A DNA stretch of 63,285 nucleotides, filler included, from Octopus bimaculoides (Eukaryota): assembly GCF_001194135.2 (NCBI RefSeq). It is 5 parts of 5 records of this genome, joined end to end, with 100 filler letters (N's around TTAATTAATTAA, not from the genome) between each part and the next. Parts side by side here need not be neighbours in the genome. Positions count along the whole stretch, not along the records: positions 20,492 to 48,534 come from NC_069009.1; 4 more parts are not named here. The stretch is one strand, 5' to 3'. Position numbers and translations under genes: made by a program. The notes below the pieces were generated by a model. The model was not told where the DNA came from and did no database searches. It saw only the letters and a program-made list of their open reading frames with translations. Positions 26,335 through 38,482 of this stretch are shown here, piece by piece. How positions within the stretch are numbered: the stretch's first letter is position 1; every line of letters starts with the position of its first letter.

Positions 26335-26826
26335 ATTTGTTTCAGTCATTTGACTGCGGCCATGCTGGAGCACCGCCTTTAGTCGAGCAAATCGACCTTA
26401 GGACTTATTCTTTGTAAGCCTAGTACTTATTCAATTGGTTTCTTTTACCGAACCGCTAATTTACAGAGATGTAAACACAANNNNNNNNNNNNNNNNNNNN
26501 NNNNNNNNNNNNNNNNNNNNNNNNNNNNNNNNNNNNNNNNNNNNNNNNNNNNNNNNNNNNNNNNNNNNNNNNNNNNNNNNNNNNNNNNNNNNNNNNNNNN
26601 NNNNNNNNNNNNNNNNNNNNNNNNNNNNNNNNNNNNNNNNNNNNNNNNNNNNNNNNNNNNNNNNNNNNNNNNNNNNNNNNNNNNNNNNNNNNNNNNNNNN
26701 NNNNNNNNNNNNNNNNNNNNNNNNNNNNNNNNNNNNNNNNNNNNNNNNNNNNNNNNNNNNNNNNNNNNNNNNNNNNNNNNNNNNNNNNNNNNNNNNNNNN
26801 NNNNNNNNNNNNNNNNNNNNNNNNNN

Positions 26827-26910
<84 letters not shown>

Positions 26911-27150
26911 ATGTATGTGTGTGACAGTGTATGTGTGTATGTATTTGTGTATCAGTGTTTGTCCTTCCATCATCGCTGGACAAGTGATGTTGGTGTGTTT
27001 ATGTCCTCATAACTTAGCGGTTCGGCAGAAGCGAACAATAAAATAAGTACTAGGCTTACAAAGAGTAAGTCCTGGAGTCGATTAGTTCGACTAAAGGTGG
27101 TGCTCCAGCATGGCCGCACTCAAATGACTGATACAAGTAAAAGAAGAAAA
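26335..27150. repeat. Inverted pair of the same dispersed repeat (26335-26480 plus; ~26975-27150 minus)
   Basis: cggccatgctggagcacc..ttctttgtaagcctagtactta versus its reverse complement. Confidence 0.8.
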
Positions 27151-27399
27151 TGTAAGTGAATACCACCTTCTGCTGTGTTAGCAGTGCTCTTTTATATTAT
27201 TTGTTAAAGTTATCTCTTCAAGCATGGAATATTAACATGCACACACACACAAGCAGAAGAAAGGTTTCCAGTCATAGAGATCATGCCAAAATAGATTTTG
27301 GATTTTGGATCTGGATCTTGTCGCCTTATCCAACCCATTCCAGCATGGAAGACAGGTGTTAGATGATGAAGAAAGAAGAAGAAACGTTTCTTTCTTGAG

Positions 27400-27640
27400 C
27401 TATGCCAGGCTCACGAGGGCCAGTTTCCCGGTTTCAGTGGCGTATAAATTCTTCCACCTGAACGGGACACCGATCCGTTGCAGAATTCCTCATTTTTTGC
27501 CAGCTGAGAGGACTGGAGCAACGTGAAATGAAGTGCTTTCGTCAAGAACACAACTTATCACCCGGTCCAGGAATCGAAACCACACTCTTACGATCATGAG
27601 CCCAACACCCCTAACCACTAAGTCACTTGCCTCCACCTTA
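27400..27640 (-). mobile_element. tRNA-derived SINE
   Basis: Minus strand shows acttagtggttaggggtgttgggctcatgatcg..ggtttcgattcctggaccggg (A/B boxes). Confidence 0.6.
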
Positions 27641-27969
27641 GATGACAATGATATACATTTGTAAGGCAGTGAGCTGGCAAAACTGTAAGCATGCTGGGTA
27701 AAAACGCTTTGAGGCGTTTCGTCCGTCCTTACATTCTGAGTACAAATTCAATCTTTTGAAGCAGCTTTCTTTCCAGGTGAGCAAAGATTAGTTCTACACA
27801 GGTGGCATAGAAAGCGATAATCTTAAAGCACTGTACACCTGCACAAATCCTCATTAACAACACATACTTATTAATCCACACATTCTTGCAATGAGTGTTG
27901 GAAATGGTACAAAAGAATTGCTTCTCAAGAATATAACATATTTCTGTCAAACCTCATCTAAACATTAAC

Positions 27970-28460
27970 CGTGGAGGCGCAATGACCCAGTGGTTAGGGC
28001 AGTGGACTCGCGGTCGTAGGATCATGGTTTCAATTCCCAGACCGGGTGTTGTGAGTGTTTGTTGAGCGAATACACCCAAAGCTCCACAAGGTACCGNNNN
28101 NNNNNNNNNNNNNNNNNNNNNNNNNNNNNNNNNNNNNNNNNNNNNNNNNNNNNNNNNNNNNNNNNNNNNNNNNNNNNNNNNNNNNNNNNNNNNNNNNNNN
28201 NNNNNNNNNNNNNNNNNNNNATGGCAAACTCTTTCACCACAACTTTCTCTCACTCTTTCTTCCTGTTTCTGTTGTAACTGTAATTCAAAGGACCAACCTT
28301 GTCACACTCTGTGTCACGCTGACTCTCCCTCGAAAACTACATTAAAGGTACATGTGTCTGTGGAGTGCTCAGCCACTTGCACGTTAATTTCACGAGCAGG
28401 CTGTTCCGTTGATCGGATCAACTGGAACTCTTGTCATCGTAATTGACAGAGTGCCACGTG
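27970..28460 (+). mobile_element. tRNA-derived SINE (gap inside)
   Basis: ggcgcaatgacccagtggttagggcagtggactcg..ggtttcaattcccagaccggg A/B boxes. Confidence 0.7.
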
Positions 28461-28572
28461 CAATACATCAACCAAAGTTTCCATAAGGAGGTTCTACTTG
28501 AAACCAAAATATGCTTTCCAAGCAAGTTTCACAAACTAGAAGAAATTTTCATTTTTCGGGGGGAAAAAACAG

Positions 28573-28713
28573 ACATTATTTACAATGGACGGTTAGGTGT
28601 CATCTTGTTTGTCATCACATTTCGGCTGATGTACTCTCCAGTCTTCATCAGGTGTTCTGGTGGAATAACAGTACACAAGATGAGGACACCTATCCGTCCA
28701 TTGTAAATAATGT
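28573..28713. repeat. Inverted repeat (~35-bp arms) enclosing a minus-strand hammerhead-like core
   Basis: 28573-28607 pairs with 28676-28713 (one mismatch, one 3-nt bulge). Minus strand reads CTGATGA-AGACTG..CAGCC-GAAA at 28651-28620. Confidence 0.8.
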
Positions 28714-30223
28714 ATATAATTCTTCATCCTCAAAATATAGAATAGTAAAAAGAGACATTTCTTGAAATGTGCCAAAAAAGTTATTTCTTCACAAATGTAA
28801 AATGACTGATGGATGAGGAAACAACCTTCAAAAGTCTGTTATTTCAATGCATACACACGTGAATGTGTGTGTGCACGTTCATGCACACGTATGTTACCTA
28901 TCACAACAGTTTGTTTTCAAGTAAACATGTCATATTCTAGCAGAAAACTGCCATCTAAACAGAGGTTTGCTTAAATATTTTATCAGAATAAATACTTAGT
29001 TTATTTTCATTAAAAAAAAAAGATTCGGCAAGTTTCTTTTCACTGGAGAAGTCATGTGAAATTGTGTTGTATTCAAAGGATCATTTACTTGTGACTTCAT
29101 GAAACTCCTTCAAGTGTGTGACTCTCCTCTCTTATATAATCATCGTTATTTTCTGCGGTTTTATTCTTTGACAAATTCAACCATTTAACTATGGGCAACA
29201 TATTTTGTCTTCCATGTTATTCAAATATGACAATTATTTTGAGTCTTTGAGCAGACCAAGATGAAGACCTCGCTCAGTAAAGGAACTGTTCTGGGCTCAG
29301 CACAGATTGAATTTACCCTTCTTAGTTTTAGAAAGTCAGTAAAAGTGTTTTAGTAGCACTTTTATAAATAAGTTTATTGCTACAGATTTAGCATTTAAAC
29401 TCACCATGTTTGGCCAATCTGCCTGTATTATCTCCAAACTAGACAGATCTGGCCTCTCACACGTACCCTACAATACTATTCTTAAAATACACAATGTCAT
29501 TGAAATCTCAAAGCTTGAAGGTAATGCATGACTAATTCCTATCAATGGCAATAAATAAGCCTTGAAAAGGGTTAAAACTAAATTTATTCCACCTGGTTTA
29601 TATAAACAGCAACTTACAGCTTCGGACCACTTTATTATTTCGCTGTGTATTCACATCGCATATAATGTGGGAATATAATTTCACCCGTAGTTATTCAAGC
29701 AAAAAATCAGTAACATATGTTATCAATTTATTTAGAATAATTTTGTAGAAAGTTTGATGCTAAATAATTTTGTTTTAATACTAAACATTTTTAATAGTAA
29801 TTATCAATTAAAGCTTTTTGATCTAATTTAAATATCAATATACCAGAGGATATTAAAACTGTTTTTGTAAGAATGGAATTGTTTAGAGAGGTGATTAGAT
29901 ATACAACAATAGCAACAACAACAACAACAAATGAACATTTCAAAGTATATCTTTATTTCAAAAACGAATTTCTAACAAAGAAGCCAAACCAGTGAAGGGA
30001 TCTCTATATGGTAGATAGATTTGCTAGAATTAGTAGCCAAATCCACTTCACTTCACACTTTATCCCTTTAAGGAAGGACATATTGGACAATATAGTCCTG
30101 AGTTGTCTACACTTAAGAAAATGACAAGATGGTCCTGGCTGGAATGGATTTGATCATAAGCCCTTGTTTGGTCAAGGTTAACCCGAGATTAAACAACAGC
30201 AACAACAACATTTACACAGAAAT

Positions 30224-30423
30224 TCATTTTGCATCTAATGATAAATATTCCAGTGCAGTAGAACACTCGGCTTCTTCAAGTGCTGCCCTTAGAGTCTCGA
30301 GTGTTCGTGTTTCAGGATCACAACTTTTAAACCACTTGCGAAGCATGAGGTAACCTAGTTTTACAGTGTCATTAGAATCACAATTGAGTTCCAGCTCTGT
30401 AGTGTCAGTTTCTAAGAATATAG
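30224..30423 (-). CDS. Terminal coding exon: rest of death domain (A-IFLETDTTELELNCDSNDTVKLGYLMLRKWFKS...TLETLRAALEEAECSTALEYLSLDAK*)
   Basis: Polypyrimidine acceptor tttttttttgttgtatcttttgcag; 200 nt to TGA at 30226-30224. The MLxxW...TxxxLxxALxxAE pattern is typical of death domains. Confidence 0.9.
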
Positions 30424-30879
30424 CTGCAAAAGATACAACAAAAAAAAATAACTGCAACAACATTAACAATAATATAAGAGATGTATAGGCTGTTATGAAT
30501 ATATTCAATAAGAAACTACTTCTATATGTATGAATATATTCAAAAGAAATGTTATGAATATATTCATAACATATATTGTTATGAATAGATATATATGAAT
30601 GTATATGAATAGATATATATGAATATATATATTGTTATGAATATATTCAAAAAGAAACTACTTCTATAAAGAAATAAAATAGCTAAGAAACAGGAATAAT
30701 ATAAGACATTGTTTTCTATTTCTAAAGACAAAAATAACAAAGGTTGAAACAAAGGAGAAATTTAATTGAAAATTACACTTGAGAACATGTTTGGTAAACT
30801 GATGGCAGGAGAAATATTTGTGAAGGCAAAAGTGTATCAGAACCTCGAGAATCAACTGAGACCACCAACAAAGTATTTG

Positions 30880-31400
30880 ATCCATTTATCCATTTTCTCT
30901 GCTCAATATTCCTGGGAGGGTTGTGGAGATAGAGACCTCAGGCACCTCCTCCATAGGGTTCCTATGAGAAGCAACCATCATATGACATTTTGGTTGGATT
31001 CCCAGGCATGAACAACTGAGACTATGGATATCATCCAACCATTTCACTCTTGGTCTAACCCTGGGTCTCCTGCTCCATTGGTTTGACTTGAAGAACCAGT
31101 CTTGTAATTCATTCCCGTGGCATTCTGATCACGTTTGTAGTACCAGAGATTTGGAGAAGAAGAGGCTCAACCTGGAGAGACTCCCTGATCTTGGAACTAT
31201 ACATCCTATTGAGTAACATTACTCCGGAGACCCTTTAGAGGAATCCTGTATATCTGTCTTAATCCGACAGACTTCAGATCTGATAATCAAAAGGTTATTA
31301 AATAATGTTTCTCTGTGCACTCTGTCACCTTGCAAAGTTCCCAACATGACACCGCAAGTCAAAGGATCAATGATAATCCACCAGTCGTTAATTCTGAGTC
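30880..31400 (-). mobile_element. 3' end of an RTE-type LINE in the last intron
   Basis: RRPRVRPRVKWLDDIHSLSCSCLGIQP...VASHR matches the RTE C-terminal RPxGRPxxxW motif. Confidence 0.55.
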
Positions 31401-32093
31401 AAATTTAATCCTATTTGAGTTTTCTCCAATGAACTCAAAATTCGATCAATTCTCCTGAGCCTACTCAGTTATTATTATGTCAGTCTCAGTGAGAGAAGCC
31501 ACCTCCAGTTTGGTTTGACTTGTGAATATATTCATTTTCTGGGAAATTCCCTTACGTAAATTCTCTCTTTCCGGATGGGGAGAATATGATATCATTTGGC
31601 TGTATGATCTCTATTAAGTCACTTTTTATTGAAGCATCTACAGACATGTCATGTGGTAAACTTGTTCCATTATGGCAATATAACTGGAATTATCAGCTTC
31701 CAACACAATAACCCGATCAATAATGGTTTCAAGAAGAACCTAACTTGAGGTCTTAGGTTGGAATAAAGATGCTTTGTCATGGAATTTAACTTTTGCACAT
31801 TTTCTTCATTGCAATAAACTAACAGCAGACTCAGTGAAAATGTAAAACAAACCAAAACTTTGTCGTTAACTCACCTGTTCGCCCTTTAACAACATATTTT
31901 AGTTCCCTCTTCCAAAAGACAGTATTCACACTATTTGTGTTTTCTAGTTTATCCATTATTACCAACCATGCCAACCTCAGTGGATATTTTACGAAATAGC
32001 AGTAGTGCCTTTCATGCAAGTAGTTTACAGGTAACCTTTTGAGTGGAAATTACAGGTAGCCTTTCAAATGGAATACTGTAATTTTATACTCAC

Positions 32094-32165
32094 CTACTTG
32101 CCACCAATTGCTTCCTAACCTCTTAGCCACTCTCAGGAGATCCTTCTCCTTCAGTATTGGACTCT
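32094..32165 (-). CDS. Exon D: N-terminal part of death domain (E-SPILKEKDLLRVAKRLGSNWWQV)
   Basis: ctatttcag acceptor, gtgagta donor; 72 nt. LxxVAxxLGxxW is the death-fold helix 1-2 motif; joins the terminal exon in frame. Confidence 0.85.
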
Positions 32166-33529
32166 CTGAAATAGATATTTCCAAGTTTTATAATTCATAC
32201 TAGAATTTCTTTATTTCTGTAAATAGTCTATTCTTCATTATTGTGAGACATTCCTATCATCAATGGTCAACTGGTGACCACTATGGTTTCGGTGAACATT
32301 TTTGTTCTTTCTACAGTGGTGCCATGTAATAGCGCAATATTTAGGTCCACAACAAAATAGATTAACTTTCCTAAACCCTGTCTCTCTATTCAGACATCTT
32401 ACATAATCTGACAACGTTGCAATTATCACATTTAATTATCATTTGATAAAACAGTTTTTCTCACAGTTCTGTCCTTTCTTTCTTATATCTGTGCCAAATC
32501 TATGACATATCATTGTTCTCTCACTTGTAGATTTCACTGACCAATATTCTTCTTATTTTCTTAATAGCAATGTCAGCCAAAGTGGTCTCCAAAGATCTAG
32601 CCACAAACACATGACAGATAACTTCAAGAAGGTTAAACATAAACCTGGCCACTTTGTGGATAATTTTGAATCTACCAACAATCAGTTCACAAGAACATCA
32701 TCTGATTCAGGAAATATTTCAAGACTTCTTAATAAATTAGCATTTTTCAGGTGAGCAATGATTAGTTCTAAACAGGTGGAACAGAAAGTGATATCAGGTG
32801 TCCTAAAACAGTGTAGCCTTGCACAAAATCTCATTAACTACATATAACTGTTCAACCACACATTATTGCACGAAATATCTGAAACGGTACGTAAGAAATG
32901 ATACTAAGGAATATATAAGCAAGACAGGAATATAGATCACACTGCAAGCACAAACTCCTTAATTTTGCAAGAGTTTTGACTTATTTATTGCTTATAACCC
33001 GTCTTCTCTTTATGCCATTATCTCGATGTCTCTACTCTTGTTGGACAATGAGGTTATGTACCATCATCCTAAACATTTTACAGGTTTCTCTTTAACCTTT
33101 GACATGGCTTTTGCTGCTACTTTGAATTTCATTCATTTCTGCTGACCTTTAGCAAATGACAGCATTACTTATTTGCCTTAAACCACATTCTTGACCAACT
33201 AATTAGTTAATCCAGTTTATCCATAACTATTCGTATATCCTTTTAGTCTGTTGTTAGCATTGTCACATCAGCCATGGATGTTTTCTCAGGTGATTTCCTC
33301 TGAGCCATTTCTTCTGATTAATCTGCTGATCTAATTAACAACTCCATAACAAGCACAAACCAAATGACTCATATTGTGCAACCTACAGCAATTCTAGTTT
33401 CAAGGCGACGCCAGTCTGCTGTGAAATTTTTCCTCATGCACCGAGTTTTAAAATCATTATAGTGGTTCTTTATTAGATTCTTAATCATCTCTCATATATA
33501 AAAGAAGTCCACTACTTTCATCAACAATT

Positions 33530-34250
33530 TATTTAGCATTGGCCATATCAAGCCATACAACATTCAAATCCCTTTTATTTTTCTTTGTGCCTTGTATCAC
33601 ATCCCAGACTGGAAATACATGTTCTACACATCCAGGAATGTCAGGGATTCCACTCTTCTGGATGCTTCCCGTCTCATAGCCATTATTTTGTAGATTTACA
33701 GTTGACCTCTTATCAAGTACACCCATATAAATCTTGCCATCTACATTCAAAGATCGAAAAGAGTGTGAACTGGTCAATCAGATTCCCTTTAGTGTCCTTT
33801 GATAGCTGAACTCCTTCTACCTTGTATCAGTCATCAACCAGTTCACCTTTATGTCACAACTCTCCAAGTAATAAGTAATACACATGACATAATTGAGTAC
33901 ACTTTCTGTGGTACACCATCACCTCCTGGGGTGCTCTTTGCTTGAAATATTTGATTGCTGCTTTCGATGGATATTTGAAACTGTCCATGGGTGGGAGTGG
34001 TTGATCTCGCTTTGGGTCAATGTAGACCTTCTGCATTCACCCATCCAGTTCATCTTTATTGCATTTTAGCTTCCTGCTCTTAGCATCTGCAAACAGCATC
34101 CTTGTAGCCCCATAAAGGTTCTTAAGGAGCTGCTCCCTAATCTGTTTACTCTCTCTGTGACATTTCTTTGCATAAGTTAGAGAGGAATGTTTAATCTTCT
34201 TGACCTCATGACAACCTTTTTAGTGCTTTTGGTAGCATAAAATGTACCCA
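33530..34250 (-). mobile_element. R2/NeSL-like reverse transcriptase fragment
   Basis: SIQKSGIPDIPGCVEH...KKNKRDLNVVWLDMANA matches QKGG.PG..GC.EH..LxVxWLDLANAYGS. Confidence 0.8.
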
Positions 34251-34478
34251 AGGCTCTTTATAATGTGGTTGATGTTGGGGAAGACATGCTACCACAGATA
34301 AGCTGGAATGTTTAAGTGAGATGTGTTCCTCATCCAATCAAGGTGGGCAGTGACTGTTAATAAGAACTGACATGGACGGTGACCACCCATCCAGTTGATA
34401 GGAGCATGGAAATCACATGATAACTGATGAGGACGATGTCATTTATTGCACTGTATCTTGCAGCCAGTATCTATCTTG

Positions 34479-34522
<44 letters not shown>

Positions 34523-35040
34523 ACGGTTGTCTCAGCAGCAAACCAAAGTCTTCTATCTGGATAAAGACAATGTTTTGTGGCTGTAATGATAGATTTATTA
34601 TCAATGAAAAAGGACAGGGTATTCACACTTGGCACACATTTCATTATGTCCACCAGATTATGAGATATATCTGCCCAAACAACATCAACAACAACAATAT
34701 CCTATCAGTAAACATAGTAAAAAAAAATGTAAAATAAACGAAAACGTCATTAACGCACCATTTATTCCTAAATTACGACATATTTTAGTTCTCTGTTCCA
34801 AAATACAATATTAACTCTATTGTCTTCTAAATTATCCATTTCATGAACCATGCTAACCACATTAGATATTTTGTGAAATTTCAGTAATATCAATATATTT
34901 AATAAAATTATTATGCAGCTAATCTCTTTAAATGTAAATTATGAATGGAACCTGTTCTCTGTCATTCTGATAAACTAATAAAGGCTCAGGTGAAGATTAT
35001 ATTTATAGAAATCCACGAGGTACTGATCTTTTATACTCAC

Positions 35041-35088
35041 CAATTTGTTGTGATGTTGTCAGCACCTCCTTCACACACATTGGAGTCT
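35041..35088 (-). CDS. Linker exon C (E-TPMCVKEVLTTSQQI), symmetric phase 1/1
   Basis: attcatttcag acceptor, gtgagta donor; 48 nt, open, in the homologous module position. Confidence 0.55.
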
Positions 35089-35167
35089 CTGAAATGAATA
35101 TTTTCAAGTTTTACCTTTCATAGTATAATTTCATTATCTTTATTAATAATCTATATTTTATTATTGT

Positions 35168-36015
35168 GGGAAGGGCATCAATACATTTTTTAACAGGTGG
35201 AAAGCGGTCCTTGCCTTACTTATTCTCGTTTTAATATCTTCGTCGGTGCCGCCGGAGAACGTTATCTTACTACCTAAATACCTAAACTCAGCTACATCTT
35301 CTAGTTCACCAGTTTCTAGTTTAATACGTTCACTGTTTTTTTCATTAACGCGCATAATTTTTGATTTGTCGCAGTTGACTTTCAATCCTAGTTTGGCAGC
35401 TACTGCTTCTAATTTTGACGTTTCATTTTGCATTTGGCTATATGTTTGTGAAAATAGCGCTATATCATCTGCAAAGTCAAGATCTTCTAGAGCTTCTGCA
35501 TCCATCCATTCAATGCCTGTTTGGCTTTCAATCGTAGTTTCCTTCATAATCCAATCTATAGCTAGTAGAATGTTATTGTATGGGGCTGAGACATGGCGAA
35601 TAACAGTTAAGTTAAATAAGCAAATACAATCATTCATCAATAGGTGCTTGCGTAGTATACTTAAAATCAGATGGGCCGGACACATCAGCAATATGGAGCT
35701 ATGGCAAAGAACGAATCAAGTTTCGATTAGGGAGCAAATATTTAAGAAAAAGTGGAAGTGGATTGGTAGCACAATTAGAAAAGACACACCAAATGTAGTG
35801 AAAAGTGCTTTACAGTGGAATCCGGATGGATATAGAAAGAGGGGTAGGCCTAAGAACTCGTGGCATAGATCAACAAAAAAGGAACAAGAGAAAGGGGGAC
35901 ATTCATAGCAGAGTATAAGTACAGAAGTGAAAAATTATGCGACATGAAATTCAATTATAAGTGTCCTATTTTCCGCGTTGGAGGGTTAAAGGCAAGAAAG
36001 AAAGGGAAGGGCATC
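35168..36015. mobile_element. 5'-inverted RTE LINE flanked by 12-bp direct repeat gggaagggcatc
   Basis: 35570 to 35180 on minus: DWIM..DLDFADDI..YLGS..RISKARTAF. 35571-36003 on plus: LLYGAETW..WIG..ALQWNPDG.RKRGRPK. Repeats at 35168-79 and 36004-15. Confidence 0.9.
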
Positions 36016-36919
36016 CAGTTGTAAGAGCTGTGTCAAAACTGACCTCACTTGTACTGGTGCCACATAAAAAGCACTTAGTCCACTCTGTGGTATGGATGGT
36101 GTAAGGAGGGGCATCCAGCCAAAAAAATCATGCCAAAACAGATACAGAAGTCTGATGTACAAACCATTCAACCCATGCCAACATGGAATCAGACATTAAA
36201 TGATGATTATAATGATTTCTATCATCAATGGTCAACTGGTGACCACTATGCCTTTGGTTCACATATTCTACAGTGTTACTATGTAATAGTACAATATTCC
36301 GAACCACAACAAAATAGACAAACCTTCCGAAATTCCTCTCTCTACATAATCTAACAATTCTGCAATTATCTAATTTAATTATTAATTGATAAGAGTGTTT
36401 ATCTCTTAATTATGCCTTTCTTTTCTTATCTCTGTGCCAAATCTGACATATCATTGCCCTCAAAACTCTGGACTTCACTAACCAAGATTCTTCATATCTT
36501 CTTTTTATTTCTGATGTCAACCCAGTTCATTGACTAAAAATACAGAAATAATCCATTTTGTATGTTTGTCGATCTTGTACCCAAGAAAAACAAAAGAACT
36601 ACATAGAAGGCAACAAAATTTAAAATGTTAGGTGAGGGTACAAGATGATGATGCTACGACAAAATAAGTTTACATTTCCAGTATGTAAGTGTTAGAAAGT
36701 GAATTGAATGATAGCAGATTGATTATCATGTTGATGGGCTATATCCTCATCATCATCATCTTTTAACGTCTGCTTTCCATGCTAGCATGGGTTGGACGAT
36801 TTGACTGAGGACTGGTGAAACCAGATGGCTACACCAGGCTCCAATCTGATTTGGCAGAGTTTCTACAGCTGGATGCCCTTCCTAACGCCAACCACTCAGA
36901 GAGTGTAGTGGGTGCTTTT

Positions 36920-37620
36920 ACGTGTCACCCGCACGAAGGCCAGCCAGGCGGCACTGGCAACGGTCACGCTCAAAGTGGTGCATTTCATGTGTCACCCGCA
37001 CAAGAGCCTGTCCAGGGGCACTGGCAACGATCTCGCTCGAAAATCCCACGAAGGCCAGCCAGGCGGCACTGGCAACGTNNNNNNNNNNNNNNNNNNNNNN
37101 NNNNNNNNNNNNNNNNNNNNNNNNNNNNNNNNNNNNNNNNNNNNNNNNNNNNNNNNNNNNNNNNNNNNNNNNNNNNNNNNNNNNNNNNNNNNNNNNNNNN
37201 NNNNNNNNNNNNNNNNNNNNNNNNNNNNNNNNNNNNNNNNNNNNNNNNNNNNNNNNNNNNNNNNNNNNNNNNNNNNNNNNNNNNNNNNNNNNNNNNNNNN
37301 NNNNNNNNNNNNNNNNNNNNNNNNNNNNNNNNNTTTCATGTGTCACCCGCACAAGAGCCTGTCCAGGGGCACTGGCAACGATCTCGCTCGAAAATCCCAC
37401 GAAGGCCAGCCAGGCGGCACTGGCAACGGTCACGCTCAAAGCGGTGCATTTTATGTGTCACCCGCACAAGAGCCAGTCCAGGGGCACTGGCAACGATCTC
37501 GCTCGAAAATCCCACGAAGGCCAGCCAGGCGGCACTGGCAACGTTCACGCTCAAAGCGGTGCATTTCATGTGTCACCCGCACAAGAGACAGTCCAGGGGC
37601 ACTGGCAACGATCTCGATTG
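36920..37620 (+). repeat. 115-bp tandem repeat inside a SINE-like element
   Basis: tgtcacccgc recurs at 37341, 37456 and 37571; each unit has two ggcactggcaacg sub-repeats. Confidence 0.9.
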
Positions 37621-38259
37621 TATATATGTAATACAATAGCACACTGCCTGACACTGCAATCGTAGATAAGGTAGTTCCTTGAGCAAGCAAAGAAAAATGT
37701 TACCAGTTTCAGGGCCAAATATTAATTAGAATTTATTTTCTAGATCAAATACAAATGACCAGGTTTCGTATCTAACTTGGACAAAACAAGTCAAAACTAA
37801 AACCAAATGGTGCCACTGTGCCACTATTAGCATTAATACCATCTACGAAACCAACGAGTGTGAGTCTAAGAATGACTACACAGATGGTAAATGTTATCCA
37901 ATCAATACAGCAAGTGTATTTTATATATAGTTACAAACAAGGATTTGTGTGTTCAAGTCACATTTGCAACTCAGATTATTTTATGTTTATACTAATACTT
38001 TAAATATGAATAGAGTTTCACCGTTCAATACTAAATTTAACAGTTACTAAAAGTAATTTATTGATCATTTTACTTATTATAATTAAAGAGAGTTAATGTT
38101 TAGCTTTTTTCAATTTATAACAATGGTATATATTCTAATTTGAGACATTCTGAGTATTCACCTGTTATGCACATTATACGTTGTTCAATTTATAATAGTG
38201 ATTTGTAACTGTTATGCCAATTGTGCTAGGATTCGAGTGACTTCCCTTGTTATATTTCG

Positions 38260-38482
38260 TTATTGCCCACAAGGGGCTAAACATAGAGGGAACAAACAAG
38301 AACAGACGAACGGATTAAGTCGATTACATCGACCCCAGTGCGTAACTGGTACTTAATTTATCGACCCCGAAAGGATGAAAGGCAAAGTCGACCTCGGCGG
38401 AATTTGAACTCAGAACGTAACGGCAGACGAAATACCGCTAAGCATTTCGCCCGGCGCGCTAACGATTCTGCCAGCTCGCCGT
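38260..38482 (-). mobile_element. tRNA-derived SINE, near full length
   Basis: ggcgagctggcagaatcgttagc..gagttcaaattccgccgaggtcgac..ggggtcgatgtaatcgac; same family at 56660-57250 and 60310-60520. Confidence 0.8.

Noticed and set aside
36800-36830. CTGAGGA-CTGGT-GAAA in a SINE
   Set aside because: There is no room for stem II and no cleavage-site helix.
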